This document shows, piece by piece, positions 35,679 through 45,842 of a stretch of DNA of 60,651 nucleotides (position 1 is the stretch's first letter; every line of letters begins with the position of its first letter). The DNA is from a virus (Duplodnaviria > Caudoviricetes). The stretch is taken from the IMG/VR virus record IMGVR_UViG_3300037439_000042, positions 1 to 60,651 of that record, one strand, 5' to 3'. The notes below the pieces were generated by a model. It was not told the DNA's origin. It saw nothing but the letters and a program-made list of their open reading frames with translations, and did no database searches. Made by a program: the position numbers and the translations under genes.

Positions 35679-35917
35679 AGATGCGCCTGAAATGGATCAA
35701 GGAACCAAGCAGCATGAACACCTTCCGCGCCGAGACGGCGCGGTATCGGTTCATCCTGGTCGCGCCGCCGCGCACGCGAGCGTCGCTATGGGTGCAGCCG
35801 GTCGCGGCCGAGTGGGGAACCGACCCCATCGACCAGCGGATGTGCCGAACTCGGCGCGGCGCTGAGCGCATCGCGCAGCGGTTCGAAGACAAGCCGAAAG
35901 CGCGGCAGCTTGCCTAG
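35675..35917 (+). CDS. Hypothetical protein
   Basis: ATGA overlap with the traB-like stop. Confidence 0.6.
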   Translation: MKMRLKWIKEPSSMNTFRAETARYRFILVAPPRTRASLWVQPVAAEWGTDPIDQRMCRTRRGAERIAQRFEDKPKARQLA

Positions 35918-35997
35918 CTAAAAAATATTCGACCCCGCCTTGCAGCGCCCGGGATCGTCGGTATATGCTTCATATACCGACGACGAAAGGACGAAAG

Positions 35998-36486
35998 ATG
36001 AACACTCTCGCCATCACCTCCCCCGCCACTGAGAAGCAGATCAATTTCCTGATCAAGCTGCTCGCCGAGAAGATCGAAGACCCGGCGAAATCGCTCGACG
36101 CGATCAAGTGGGTCAACGAGCACAAGCTGTCGAAGGCGACGGCGTCGGCGAAGATCGACGAGTACATGAAGATGCCGAGCGTCCGCAAGGCGTTCAGCAC
36201 GGCCGTCGAGCTTGACGAAGGAATGTACCGCGTCGATGACGCGATCTACAAGATCTACCGGACCACCGAAACCAATGAAATCGTGGCGAAGCAGCTCGTT
36301 GAAGGCGTGTTCGAGTACTTGGGTAAGAAGCCCCTCAAGTTCATCACGGCCGAGCACCGCATGACGCTCGACGAAGCGAAAGAGTATGGCCGGATCACTA
36401 ACACGTGCTGCGTATGCAGCAGGCGGCTCACGAACGAGACCAGCGTTGCCGAAGGAATCGGCCCGGTATGTGCAGGCAGGGTCTAG
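35998..36486 (+). CDS. DUF6011-like zinc-binding protein
   Basis: ATEKQINF; CCVCSRRLTNETSVAEGIGPVC; own promoter (TTGCAG...TATGCT) and conserved leader. Confidence 0.75.
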   Translation: MNTLAITSPATEKQINFLIKLLAEKIEDPAKSLDAIKWVNEHKLSKATASAKIDEYMKMPSVRKAFSTAVELDEGMYRVDDAIYKIYRTTETNEIVAKQLVEGVFEYLGKKPLKFITAEHRMTLDEAKEYGRITNTCCVCSRRLTNETSVAEGIGPVCAGRV

Positions 36487-36494
36487 GAGACAAC

Positions 36495-36920
36495 TTGAAT
36501 CAACCGGGTGAGACAAGGGCTCGCGGCTTCGGCCGTGAGCCCTTGCGGCGTTGGCGCGACGACGCTTCGTGTAGGAATATGGCGGATCGCTACTTTGATC
36601 CGTGGGATTCCGACGACAAGGCGGCCGAGCCCACGCCCACGGCGGCGCAGCTCTGCGCGACGTGCCCGGTCCGACGCGCTTGTCTCATCGAAGCCATTGC
36701 GAACGCCGAGCCGTATGGGACATGGGGCGGCCTCACCCTGAAGCAGCGGAAGAAGCTCACCCGCGCACGCAAGCGCGTGCGCTGCCCCATCTGCACGGGA
36801 ACGCTGCTCGTGTTCACAGACGATCACGGGCAGGCGTGTCTGTCGTGCGGGATCACGTGGCGGACCATCGCGTCTAGTCGTAGTGCGCGATCCACGACAC
36901 GGGGACGTCAACCCACGTAG
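36495..36920 (+). CDS. WhiB-family transcription factor with a C-terminal zinc ribbon
   Basis: WRDDASC...LCATCPVRRACL...YGTWGGLT...R; CPIC...CLSC; TTG start after AGGAGA. Confidence 0.85.
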   Translation: MNQPGETRARGFGREPLRRWRDDASCRNMADRYFDPWDSDDKAAEPTPTAAQLCATCPVRRACLIEAIANAEPYGTWGGLTLKQRKKLTRARKRVRCPICTGTLLVFTDDHGQACLSCGITWRTIASSRSARSTTRGRQPT

Positions 36921-37356
36921 CCGTAGCACCGATAACGCTCGTGTACACGAAGAGCGTGAAGCCCGTCGTCGTCAGCGTGATCGCTCGCGTTTCGAACCGC
37001 GCTGTCGATCCCGCGCCCGAATCGATGTTCGTGACGACGACCGGAGCAGTCGGGAACGTGAAGCCGAAGTTCACGGCGGTCGTGAAGCTGCCCAACGACG
37101 TGAAGTTGACGAGCACCGTACCGCGCCGAGTCCAGTTCTGAAGGTCCGTGATCAACGTCGAGCCGCTCGCGATAGCGGCCGTATTCGCCGCGATATCGGT
37201 GCTGTTGTTGTCAACCTTCGTCTCGATCGACGCTAGTGCTGCGTCGACCTGCACAGCCAGGATCGGCGACGTAGTCGTAGGACCGCCGGTGAGCGTCACA
37301 CCCGGCAGTGAGCTGGGCGACTCGTAGTCGAATCCGAAGTTGCTTGTGCTCGGCAC
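36874..37356 (-). CDS. Minor tail/fibre protein (C-terminal lectin-like domain)
   Basis: VNFGFTFPTAPVVV...TTTGFTL...VSWIA; last gene of the tail operon. Confidence 0.7.
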   Translation of the reverse strand: MPSTSNFGFDYESPSSLPGVTLTGGPTTTSPILAVQVDAALASIETKVDNNSTDIAANTAAIASGSTLITDLQNWTRRGTVLVNFTSLGSFTTAVNFGFTFPTAPVVVTNIDSGAGSTARFETRAITLTTTGFTLFVYTSVIGATATWVDVPVSWIAHYD

Positions 37357-37364
37357 CGGTCCTC

Positions 37365-37916
37365 CTAGTTGAACGTCGACACAAAGTACGTGTGTGCGAT
37401 GCGAACGAAGTCATCGGTGTTGATGACCGAGTTGGCGTGAAGGTCGACGATCGTAATGGCTCCGTTGGTGGCGATGTCGACCGCTCCCGACGTCAGCGTG
37501 GTGCGGACCAGACACTGTGTGAGTTGACTCGGGCGAGCCTCAACGGTGTTGATGTTGCACATCACCGTGTCGGTGATGCCACCCGCACTGTTGGCCGGGA
37601 AGGTACCACCCGTCCGTTGCATGTGAATGACGATCGACACTAGAGGACCCCAGCGGCGGTAGAGGGTTGTGGTCATCGAGTACCCACCGGGGGAGGTCAC
37701 GTTGAGTGTGATCCAACCGGTATCGCTCGGCGACTCGACCTGAAGCGCCGCGATGTCACCTTCAGTAGCGGCGATGCGGCTATCGATGCCGGATAGGGCC
37801 GTGTCCACCTGCTCCGCCAGGATCGGCGCGGAGCCGTCCGAATCGCCTGTGAGCGTGATGCCGGGCTTCGTCTGCGGCGTTTCGTATTCGAAACCGAATG
37901 TCGATGTCTGCGGCAC
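37365..37916 (-). CDS. Minor tail/fibre protein
   Basis: SDTGWITL...YRRWGPLVSI...ARPS beta-rich domain. Confidence 0.7.
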   Translation of the reverse strand: MPQTSTFGFEYETPQTKPGITLTGDSDGSAPILAEQVDTALSGIDSRIAATEGDIAALQVESPSDTGWITLNVTSPGGYSMTTTLYRRWGPLVSIVIHMQRTGGTFPANSAGGITDTVMCNINTVEARPSQLTQCLVRTTLTSGAVDIATNGAITIVDLHANSVINTDDFVRIAHTYFVSTFN

Positions 37917-39028
37917 TAGAGAATCCCCACGTGAATGATGGTCGACTGGCGGGTGGCGATGCTGATCGAAGTGCTGACGTCAAGCGGGATGCTGACTCGG
38001 TCCACGATATGCACCTCGCGTGTGCCGTCGTTGTACACCACACGAATAACATCATACGGGCGAACAGCGGGGTTCGGTACCGCCGACAACCCCACGTCGT
38101 ACGGCGCACCGAGTGATCGTCGCAGTAGGTTCGAGGCCGCGTTCTCGGCCTGTGACTGTGTCGTGATGAACGGCGACGCATAAAAGCGAGGCACACGGCC
38201 GAATGGTCCGCCGAAGAAGGTAGGGCTCGACTCCTGCGCATTGATCGCTACAGCGTGTACGGGGGTGAGCTGGTCTGCGCCTTCGCCGTTCACGACCAGG
38301 GCGTTGTACACACCTTCACGCGACAATGAGCGATTGGCGCGGACCATCGCGCCACCTGGACCTGCTTTTACAGTCCAGAGCACATCATCCTCACTGGGGA
38401 TGTCACGGAACACCAGACGGCCGAGTTCATCCCAGTAGAAAATCTTACCTAGTCCGTCAGCCAGCGTCTCCAGTACTTCGAAGCGTGATTCCTCCGAGAT
38501 CAACGACCGGCCGAGCTGCGCGAGATCTGAGTCGTCGTCCCAGATGATCACCGCGTCGGGATAGACCTCCGTGACAATCTCGTTGACGATCGCGCCCACG
38601 GTCGTCTGCACCAGCCACTGACGAGGCGCGAGGAAGCGGGAATCGATGATTGTAGCCATCCGATCGTCGAGATCGAATGTAAGCGGTCCCTTAGCGGCAT
38701 CATCCTGCTCAGTCTTGCTGATGCGGTAGTACCCCATCGGTGCCCACAAGGTGCCCGTAGCTCCGGTTTCGACACCTCGCGCGAGGAAAATCTCACTGCC
38801 GTATGGCGCAAATGAAAGATCTCGCGCCGTAGGCCACGCTTCCGCGACTGTGACGTCACCCGTACTGCGGATGTCCGCGTTAGCGTCATACTCCACACCC
38901 CCACCGGTGACACGCAGCGCTTGCCCGGAGGGATCGTTACCCGTCTGAAAGCCGTCCACCAGTGTCGCGCGGAACCGCGCCGTATGTGAGCCCGATATGA
39001 GCCCCGCGAAGTCAGCTGCGGTAACCAT
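37916..39028 (-). CDS. Minor tail protein (DUF5047-like hub)
   Basis: FAPYGSEIFLARGV, SREGVYNALVV, GPFGRVPRFYASP. Confidence 0.8.
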   Translation of the reverse strand: MVTAADFAGLISGSHTARFRATLVDGFQTGNDPSGQALRVTGGGVEYDANADIRSTGDVTVAEAWPTARDLSFAPYGSEIFLARGVETGATGTLWAPMGYYRISKTEQDDAAKGPLTFDLDDRMATIIDSRFLAPRQWLVQTTVGAIVNEIVTEVYPDAVIIWDDDSDLAQLGRSLISEESRFEVLETLADGLGKIFYWDELGRLVFRDIPSEDDVLWTVKAGPGGAMVRANRSLSREGVYNALVVNGEGADQLTPVHAVAINAQESSPTFFGGPFGRVPRFYASPFITTQSQAENAASNLLRRSLGAPYDVGLSAVPNPAVRPYDVIRVVYNDGTREVHIVDRVSIPLDVSTSISIATRQSTIIHVGIL

Positions 39029-39987
39029 TACGTCTGACGTCCGTACAGCCGGTCAAGGCCGATATGCGTCGTTCCGCCTCCGGTGTTGCGCGCCTCAAGC
39101 GTGAACGCGACTTGACCCCCTGGGTTGAATCCCGCGCCGAAGGTAGGGACGGAGAACGTTCCGGAGGCCGAACCACCTCCACTCGCTACCGTGAAGTCGC
39201 CTGGTCCAGGGTTGACGCGAAGACGCCACTCGGGCGTGCCGGTGCTGGTCACGATTACGCCGTATGCCACGACCGGGTGATACACCGGGTTGAACCCGCG
39301 CCATATCGCCGTGAAGCTGCCCGACGTGGTCGCCGGAAGGAACGTGGTTCCCAGCTGCTCCGCCGACGTCGTCGGGAACATGCTGTACGGAATCCACGGG
39401 TCAGCCATGCCTACGCCGTCGGTTGCGCCATTCGTACTGAACATCTCGTTACCGGCCTGATCCCGGATGCGAAATATCTGACTTCCCTCAGTACCTGAGA
39501 TGTCCCATGCCGTGTCGCCGTCACGATAGCTTGCGAATACGTCGCGACCGTTGATGATTCGAATAGCTGACTGCTCATCAGCACCGCCGTAGTAGAGTCC
39601 CCAGGCGGGGTCGCCATCGAGCTCCTTGCCGAAGAACGCTAGCGTGTGTCCGTCTTCAGTGACGAACCGGAACAGCTTTGCGGTGACCTCAAGGTCTGCG
39701 ACGAACTCACCTGGGTTCGACAGCTTGCCGAGAATCCACCACGTGCCGACCCCCTTGGCGTTCTCCGGGGCCCACCCGAGCATTCCAACGATGTCACCCT
39801 CACGGATGACCAGTGCGTTGATGCCCTCGACCAACGGGATGTCGGTGAGCGTAATACCGCGCCACTCGATAGTATTGTGCAACGTCTCGTTGTCCCAGGT
39901 CAGCACCTTACCCTGTGAGAACTGGACGCCCCGTGACGGCGCTGGCGTCAGTAGCGCCGCGAGGTCATTGTTGGTACGGTCGGTCAC
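39028..39987 (-). CDS. Minor tail protein
   Basis: Position after the tape measure region; Gly/Thr-rich beta sequence. Confidence 0.7.
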   Translation of the reverse strand: MTDRTNNDLAALLTPAPSRGVQFSQGKVLTWDNETLHNTIEWRGITLTDIPLVEGINALVIREGDIVGMLGWAPENAKGVGTWWILGKLSNPGEFVADLEVTAKLFRFVTEDGHTLAFFGKELDGDPAWGLYYGGADEQSAIRIINGRDVFASYRDGDTAWDISGTEGSQIFRIRDQAGNEMFSTNGATDGVGMADPWIPYSMFPTTSAEQLGTTFLPATTSGSFTAIWRGFNPVYHPVVAYGVIVTSTGTPEWRLRVNPGPGDFTVASGGGSASGTFSVPTFGAGFNPGGQVAFTLEARNTGGGTTHIGLDRLYGRQT

Positions 39988-42098
39988 AGCACTTCTCCGA
40001 ACGAGCTAATGTTCCCCTGCGTCAGCCAGAGCTCTTGCCACGTAGGCCACATTGCCCAGACATCTTCCCAGGTCCCTTCGGGACCTATCATGTCCCAGAG
40101 CATTTGCCACGTGATCGTTGTCGGGATGATGCTCTGCGTATCGGATGTCGCGACGCGCGTGAAGCCGACGCTCCAGCCGCGAATGTTGGTGCCGCGAACC
40201 GAGTGACGTTCGATCGAGCCATCCCACATGACATAACCATCGGGAATCCCCGAGTAGTCGGTGGGGCAGTCCTCTTCGATGTCGCCCGGAGGCTGAAGGT
40301 AGAGGATGCCGCCGTACGTCAGCAGCGCACGTACGCCGCGAAGCTCGGCGTTCGTGTCGGTGACGAACACCAGGGAGAATGATCCCGACGAACCGACATC
40401 CGCGATCGCGAGGATCTCGTGTCGGCCCTTGATGTCGAAGAACCCTGCGCGCGAGTCGCGGCTGAGTTCATCCCAGTCGACGCAGTCGAGTTCTCGGTTG
40501 AGTAGTGGGAACGTGACCGACTTGAGATACGTCTCCAGCTGTTCGGGTATCACGAACACGGTCGCACCGATTGCAGGTGGAACCGTGTTCAGGGCCATGG
40601 GTCCGAACCGCTGCTCGTACGCCGAGCCGCTGGCCTTGAAGCCTCGGGCGTAGACTCCGGTGCCCGCGACGAGGTCGGTATCGGTCGCAACCAGGTCCCA
40701 GTTGGCGGGCTCTTCCGTACCTTCTTGCCACGCGCGCGCGGACAGCGTCGATCCCTGCACACGAAATCGAACATGCCATGGAGTTCCCGATACCCAGGTT
40801 CCGACGACTGAAGGAGCGGTCAGTCCTGTAAATGAGTTGGCTACGAACTTGCCTATGCGGAGCTGTACGCCGTAGTCGTCTGCATCCGTGAGAAAGTTCA
40901 AGGTCGACACGTAGGCGTTACTACTGTTCGCGGCGCGAAGACCTACGGCCCACTCGGTTTGCGTATCGAGCAGTACCGCGGGGCTCGCGTAGATCGCCGA
41001 CCACGTAATCTCGGCGTCTTCCGCTCCGGGAATCTGATCGGTGACCACCTCCGCAATCTGCCCGGCCGGTTGCGATGAGGTGATGACACCGACGCCGTTG
41101 TTCACGTACATGCTGAAGCCGGTCGACGAACTTCCGAGGTTCCACGCCTGACCGGTGTCGGCCGTTCCCCAGTCGAAGCCGGGAACGGGAGCGATTGTGA
41201 TGATCTCGGCCTCCGCTCCCACGGTCCACGTACGCCCGGCCGAGTCGACGAAGTTCGTCGTTCCCGCTGCCTGATCAGCGAAGATCGGGTTCGCAACGAT
41301 CGGTCCCCCGATGCCGTTGCGCGCCTGCGCGTAGTGAATCTGCCCAGTCATCATGCCGTTGGTGCCGAGGTCCCACGCACCAACTTCGAGCGGCGACGTG
41401 CTTGAGAAGTTCGTGATCGTGCCCGCCACGATCACGGGGCTTCCAAGCTGTACCCAGGGGCCGAAGACGCCGGAGTCCGACGAGGTATAGAACGTCGCCG
41501 TGTGTCCGGCCGCGCCGTTGTTGACGTCGAGCGTCACGCGCACGCCGAGTCGGCCGCTCGTGACCGGCACGGCGACGGTCGACGTAAGAAACGTCTGCGT
41601 AGCGGCTGTACCGCTTGTCGAGCGGTACAGACCGAGACGGCCGTTCGCTTCGACCGTGAAGAGATAGCTTCGCTGCTCACCCGCGAACGCCCACTTGCCG
41701 ATGAGACCCTGCTGCACGCCTCCCCAAGTAAGCGTCGCGTTCACGCGCAAGTCGATGTCGCCGGTGATGTCCAGGGCCGCCGCGTCGGGCGTGGAGGCGT
41801 TGCTACCCGCCTCTCCCGACAACTCCAAGGTTCCAGCGGACGGGTAGGCGCGATTGAAGGAATCGAAGAACGTAGGCTCAAGCACACGATAATCGTTGCG
41901 TTGGTTAGGTACGTACTCGTAGTCATCGATGACCGTGATGCTCGTGTCGCCCATAGCGCCGCCGCCGCGTACGTCCTGCCAGGTGGCACCGGCATCGACC
42001 GAGCGTTGCAGCCGGTAGCGCACGTTCATCACCGTGTCAGTGAGCGTCAGCCGGACGCGTCCCAGATCGGCGAGATATTCGGCCGTCAGCGTCGCCAC
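39984..42098 (-). CDS. Minor tail protein (distal-tail-like with inserted LamG/carbohydrate-binding domains)
   Basis: Follows the TMP; ASTPDAAALDITGDIDLRV LamG-like insert. Confidence 0.75.
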   Translation of the reverse strand: MATLTAEYLADLGRVRLTLTDTVMNVRYRLQRSVDAGATWQDVRGGGAMGDTSITVIDDYEYVPNQRNDYRVLEPTFFDSFNRAYPSAGTLELSGEAGSNASTPDAAALDITGDIDLRVNATLTWGGVQQGLIGKWAFAGEQRSYLFTVEANGRLGLYRSTSGTAATQTFLTSTVAVPVTSGRLGVRVTLDVNNGAAGHTATFYTSSDSGVFGPWVQLGSPVIVAGTITNFSSTSPLEVGAWDLGTNGMMTGQIHYAQARNGIGGPIVANPIFADQAAGTTNFVDSAGRTWTVGAEAEIITIAPVPGFDWGTADTGQAWNLGSSSTGFSMYVNNGVGVITSSQPAGQIAEVVTDQIPGAEDAEITWSAIYASPAVLLDTQTEWAVGLRAANSSNAYVSTLNFLTDADDYGVQLRIGKFVANSFTGLTAPSVVGTWVSGTPWHVRFRVQGSTLSARAWQEGTEEPANWDLVATDTDLVAGTGVYARGFKASGSAYEQRFGPMALNTVPPAIGATVFVIPEQLETYLKSVTFPLLNRELDCVDWDELSRDSRAGFFDIKGRHEILAIADVGSSGSFSLVFVTDTNAELRGVRALLTYGGILYLQPPGDIEEDCPTDYSGIPDGYVMWDGSIERHSVRGTNIRGWSVGFTRVATSDTQSIIPTTITWQMLWDMIGPEGTWEDVWAMWPTWQELWLTQGNISSFGEVL

Positions 42099-44692
42099 TA
42101 GCGATCCTTCCCTGTGCCCGCGCGTGCGCGTCGTGTGAGTGTGCGGTTGTTTTGGTTGACCCGTGTATCCACCATACTCGTGATGGTTTCATTGCCGATC
42201 TGCACAACGACTTGTATCGGCTGCTCGCTGCCGCTTAGCCCGGCAGCGCGGAGTGCATCGGCGAGCGCGTTGATCCCGTTCGAGTTCGTCAGCGGCAGCA
42301 CCATCTCGTCGGGGTGCAGCATCGCGAGCCCTTCGGCCTGCGTGAATCCTCCGGTTTGCAGATACGGGATGTTCGGCGTGTTGATCGTGCCCCCGCCGAC
42401 CGATCCGAGTCCGGGGATGTCAACGGAAGGAATCGAGAATGACAGGTTGTTCCACCCGCGAATGACAGAGTTGATTGCCTCGCGAAATCCGGAGGCGAGC
42501 GGCGAAAACATGCCGCTCAATGCGCCTGAAATCCTGCCCGGAATACCTTGCACGAAACTGACAAAACTACTGAATGCGCTGTTAATGCTCGAAAGCGCCG
42601 TGCGCACGACGTCACGTACAGTGTTGATTCCGTTCTTCATCGGCGTGAACACGTTCGAATTCAGGACCGACCATCCGACTCGAAAGAGGCTCACAAGCGT
42701 TTGGAAACCGGAAACCATTGCTGCGGCCCGCTGCACGAACGTGTCATGAATGAAATTCCAGATGATCTCAAATCCTGCGCCTGCAAGCTGGAATTGCTCG
42801 ACTAGCCAGTTAATCGCCGTCCCGAGGACACCCGTGAGCAGCGTGGCAAGGAGTTCGATAGTCGGCACGACGAGGGGCACGATCACCTGCTCGACGAGCC
42901 ATAGCAGGATAGCGCCGAGCACTTCGATAATCGGCACGAGCGCCACTCCGACGATCTCGGCGACGACACCGAGCAGTTCGTAAAGCGGAGCGAGTGCCTC
43001 CGTAATAGGTGCAAGCGCCTCAAACAGGACAGTGAAGATAGGCGCTACAGCCTGTAGTACTGCACCCACTACTTCGAGCACGACGGCGAGCTGAGAGCCC
43101 AAAGCGTTCGCTAGTACCTCAATTAGAGGCATAACGGACTCAAGGGCATCAACTAGGATTTCTCCGAGCAATGTGATAATTGTTGTCAACGGGCGGATAA
43201 GGGGTTGAATCGCAGCCGCGACGACGCCGAGAATCGGCGCGAGCGCGCCGAGCACAGAACCGACCAATTCGGACAAGGGACCGAGTAGCGGACTGACTGC
43301 TGAGAGTATTCCCGAGATACCCGAAATGATCGGCGGGAGCGCCGGAGCGATACCGGCAAGCACGGTTCCGAAGCTCGCGCCGACCTGATTCAGCGCATCG
43401 AAGAGCGTGATCAACACCTCTTGCCCCTGCGCCGACGCTAGGAAATCGTCGAAGACTTGCAGCGCCTGCCCGAACACGCCGAGAATGTTCCCGCCCGTGG
43501 CAGCGGCAGCACCGCCGATTGAGCCGATGATGCCGACGATCGGTGACAGGATCGCGCCGAGCTGCTCGAAGACCGTCATTGCGTTTTCGACCCATGCGAG
43601 CGCTTCGCCGGATGCCGTCGCGTTCGCGATGAAGTCGGCGAACTGCTGAATCATCGCCGCGAGCCCGGCCCCGGCTTCTTCGCCTCCGAAGGCCGTGTTC
43701 ACGACCGTACCGAGATCGAGCAGCGCCGTGAAGAGATTCGCCACCGGCACTTGTAGATTCGCGAGCGTAGCATTCAGCGTGGCAAAGCTGGAATTGATGA
43801 AGTTGACGCCGGACTCAGAACCCGCCACATTCAGCAGCGCCGCGACGAGGTCGCCGGACTCTTCGGCCGCGACGCGCATCCCATCGGACAGCGGACCGAT
43901 CAACGTCTCGGCGACGTTCGTAATGATGTCGTCGAACTCGGCGAAGAAGGCATCTTGCACGGCGTCTTGCATGGCTTGCAGCTCGGGTACGACGGCGCGG
44001 AAGGACTCGGCCGCCGCCTGCGCCTTCGGCGACAGGTTTTCGATCGCGGCGTCGAAGGCTTCCGTGTCTTCGAACGCGGCAGCCATCGCATCGCTGAATC
44101 CGGCCGTGGCGACTCGCAGCGTGCCGATCGCGGCAGCGCCGACGCCGACAGCGGCCGGGAGTGCCGCGACGATACCCACGGCCGGAGCGAGCGCCGCCGC
44201 CATTTGCACGACGGCCGCGCCTGCGGCGGCGGCAGCCGTTGCGAGCGCGGCGAAGCCTGCGACCGGCAGTCGGACACCGGTAATCGACGACAGGAACCGC
44301 GAGAAAGTTCCTTCGCGGTCGACGTCGATAGGGATATTGATGCGCGGGGGGTCGATGTCGCGCACCGTGTCGCGCACTTCGTCGCGGATCTCGTTTCCGT
44401 CGACATCCACATCCACATCCACATCGATCGTGGTCGGGATATCGCGGATCGCTTTAGTGATGTCGTCGGCTGCGTCTTCGGCGTCGTCCGCCATCGACCG
44501 GAAGGCGCCTTCGGTTTGACTCGACGCTTCCCGGCCGAAGGCTGCGAACCGATCTTCAATGTTCGCGAGCGCACCGCGAATTCGGGACTCGATCAGACGC
44601 GTCGCACGCCGAAGCCCGGTGTCAACCGATCGGTTGAACTCTGAAAAGTCGGGCTCGATCTCGACGTATGCCCGGCTCAGTGCATCAGACAC
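42098..44692 (-). CDS. Tape measure protein
   Basis: 864-aa Ala/Leu-rich helical repeats; AYVEIEPD start; follows the chaperones. Confidence 0.9.
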   Translation of the reverse strand: MSDALSRAYVEIEPDFSEFNRSVDTGLRRATRLIESRIRGALANIEDRFAAFGREASSQTEGAFRSMADDAEDAADDITKAIRDIPTTIDVDVDVDVDGNEIRDEVRDTVRDIDPPRINIPIDVDREGTFSRFLSSITGVRLPVAGFAALATAAAAAGAAVVQMAAALAPAVGIVAALPAAVGVGAAAIGTLRVATAGFSDAMAAAFEDTEAFDAAIENLSPKAQAAAESFRAVVPELQAMQDAVQDAFFAEFDDIITNVAETLIGPLSDGMRVAAEESGDLVAALLNVAGSESGVNFINSSFATLNATLANLQVPVANLFTALLDLGTVVNTAFGGEEAGAGLAAMIQQFADFIANATASGEALAWVENAMTVFEQLGAILSPIVGIIGSIGGAAAATGGNILGVFGQALQVFDDFLASAQGQEVLITLFDALNQVGASFGTVLAGIAPALPPIISGISGILSAVSPLLGPLSELVGSVLGALAPILGVVAAAIQPLIRPLTTIITLLGEILVDALESVMPLIEVLANALGSQLAVVLEVVGAVLQAVAPIFTVLFEALAPITEALAPLYELLGVVAEIVGVALVPIIEVLGAILLWLVEQVIVPLVVPTIELLATLLTGVLGTAINWLVEQFQLAGAGFEIIWNFIHDTFVQRAAAMVSGFQTLVSLFRVGWSVLNSNVFTPMKNGINTVRDVVRTALSSINSAFSSFVSFVQGIPGRISGALSGMFSPLASGFREAINSVIRGWNNLSFSIPSVDIPGLGSVGGGTINTPNIPYLQTGGFTQAEGLAMLHPDEMVLPLTNSNGINALADALRAAGLSGSEQPIQVVVQIGNETITSMVDTRVNQNNRTLTRRARAGTGKDR

Positions 44693-44729
44693 GGTGCCTC
44701 CGAAGTGTCACCGTAGGATACCTCGCTAA

Positions 44730-45167
44730 TCAGCGTGTCCTTTCACCTACTTTGAGCGACTGAGCAGCAATGAGCGACTGCCGAGTGACCGTTTCATCGT
44801 CGCCCCACCCGGGCGGACGCGGAGGCAGCCCTGAGCGACGAGGAGAGTCCGACGTATCGGTACCCTTGGGTACCCCCGGGGTTTCTGCGGCCTTCTCAGC
44901 GGCTCTGAGAGCGTCTTTCCTGGTCGCAGCCATGTTCCGCAGCGTTTCGGCCGTGACCTGCTTGGACATTGCGGCGTCGAATTCCTGTTTCTTCTCTTTT
45001 GAGGCATTCCGCGTCGCGAAGAAGTAGACGAGGTTCAGGCACCGATCCCACGGCAGTTCGAGCGGGTCGACGTTCTGCGATGCGCACCAGCCGTCGAACA
45101 TGGGCCACACCTCGTCATGCGCCGCCCAATCAGCTAGGAATCCTGCGGCGGCGTAGGGTCTTTTCCC
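44730..45167 (-). CDS. Tail assembly chaperone, -1 frameshift extension (gpGT-like)
   Basis: Slippery GGGAAAA (minus strand, 45167-45161) leads into ...WPMFDGWCASQNVDPLELPWDRCLNLVYF. Confidence 0.8.
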   Translation of the reverse strand, partial: GKRPYAAAGFLADWAAHDEVWPMFDGWCASQNVDPLELPWDRCLNLVYFFATRNASKEKKQEFDAAMSKQVTAETLRNMAATRKDALRAAEKAAETPGVPKGTDTSDSPRRSGLPPRPPGWGDDETVTRQSLIAAQSLKVGERTR

Positions 45168-45478
45168 AGTCCTTCGCCGATGAGCCACTGCGTGATGTCG
45201 ACGAGCGTGAGCGGGTCGATCGGCGTCAAGTCGTCGTCGCCGGTACCTTCGATCAGCGGCTCGAATCGCGCCCACGCCTCTTGCGTGAGAATCTTCGAGT
45301 ACACGCCTTTCAGCTCTTCGAATGCCTCACCTCGCGACGCGGCCTCGTCCTTCTCGCCGAGCTTCGCGAACGTGCCTTGCAGCCGGAAGATGATCCCCGA
45401 TGCGATGGCACTTTTCGTCTGAAACTCTTGCCCGTCGACCGTGAAATCGAGCTTATTCTTACGGGTTGTGAAATCCAT
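45134..45478 (-). CDS. Tail assembly chaperone (gpG-like)
   Basis: Upstream of the TMP; ends GLGKDPTPPQDS. Confidence 0.85.
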   Translation of the reverse strand: MDFTTRKNKLDFTVDGQEFQTKSAIASGIIFRLQGTFAKLGEKDEAASRGEAFEELKGVYSKILTQEAWARFEPLIEGTGDDDLTPIDPLTLVDITQWLIGEGLGKDPTPPQDS

Positions 45479-45497
45479 GCGGGAATCGTAACACCGA

Positions 45498-45833
45498 TTA
45501 ACTGAATTGCTGTACGCCGCGAAGTAGACCGTCGCGCAGGAACGGGTTCGCTTCCATATAGACCGTGCCCTCGTGCACGTACACGGAGTACTCGACGTCG
45601 GTCCCGATGCGCGCGATCGGCATCCCGTTGCGGTAATAGATTACGATCTGAATCGAGTTGAGCAGGTTCCCCGTGTCGATGCGCGTCGGCGACTGCCGGA
45701 TACGCTCTTTCGCGGCCGACTGCACGGCGAGCGCGATCAGCGAGAGATGGTTTTCGAGCGGTCCGCCCGGCCGGGCGACGCGGGTCCGGATGTAGTTCGT
45801 GTTCAGACGGTTCGTGACCCGCACTGTCGCCAT
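45498..45833 (-). CDS. HK97 gp10-like neck/tail-completion protein
   Basis: DTGNLLNSI, IGTDVEYSVYVHEGT, NPFLRDGL. Confidence 0.8.
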   Translation of the reverse strand: MATVRVTNRLNTNYIRTRVARPGGPLENHLSLIALAVQSAAKERIRQSPTRIDTGNLLNSIQIVIYYRNGMPIARIGTDVEYSVYVHEGTVYMEANPFLRDGLLRGVQQFS

Positions 45834-45842
45834 CGGTCCCCC

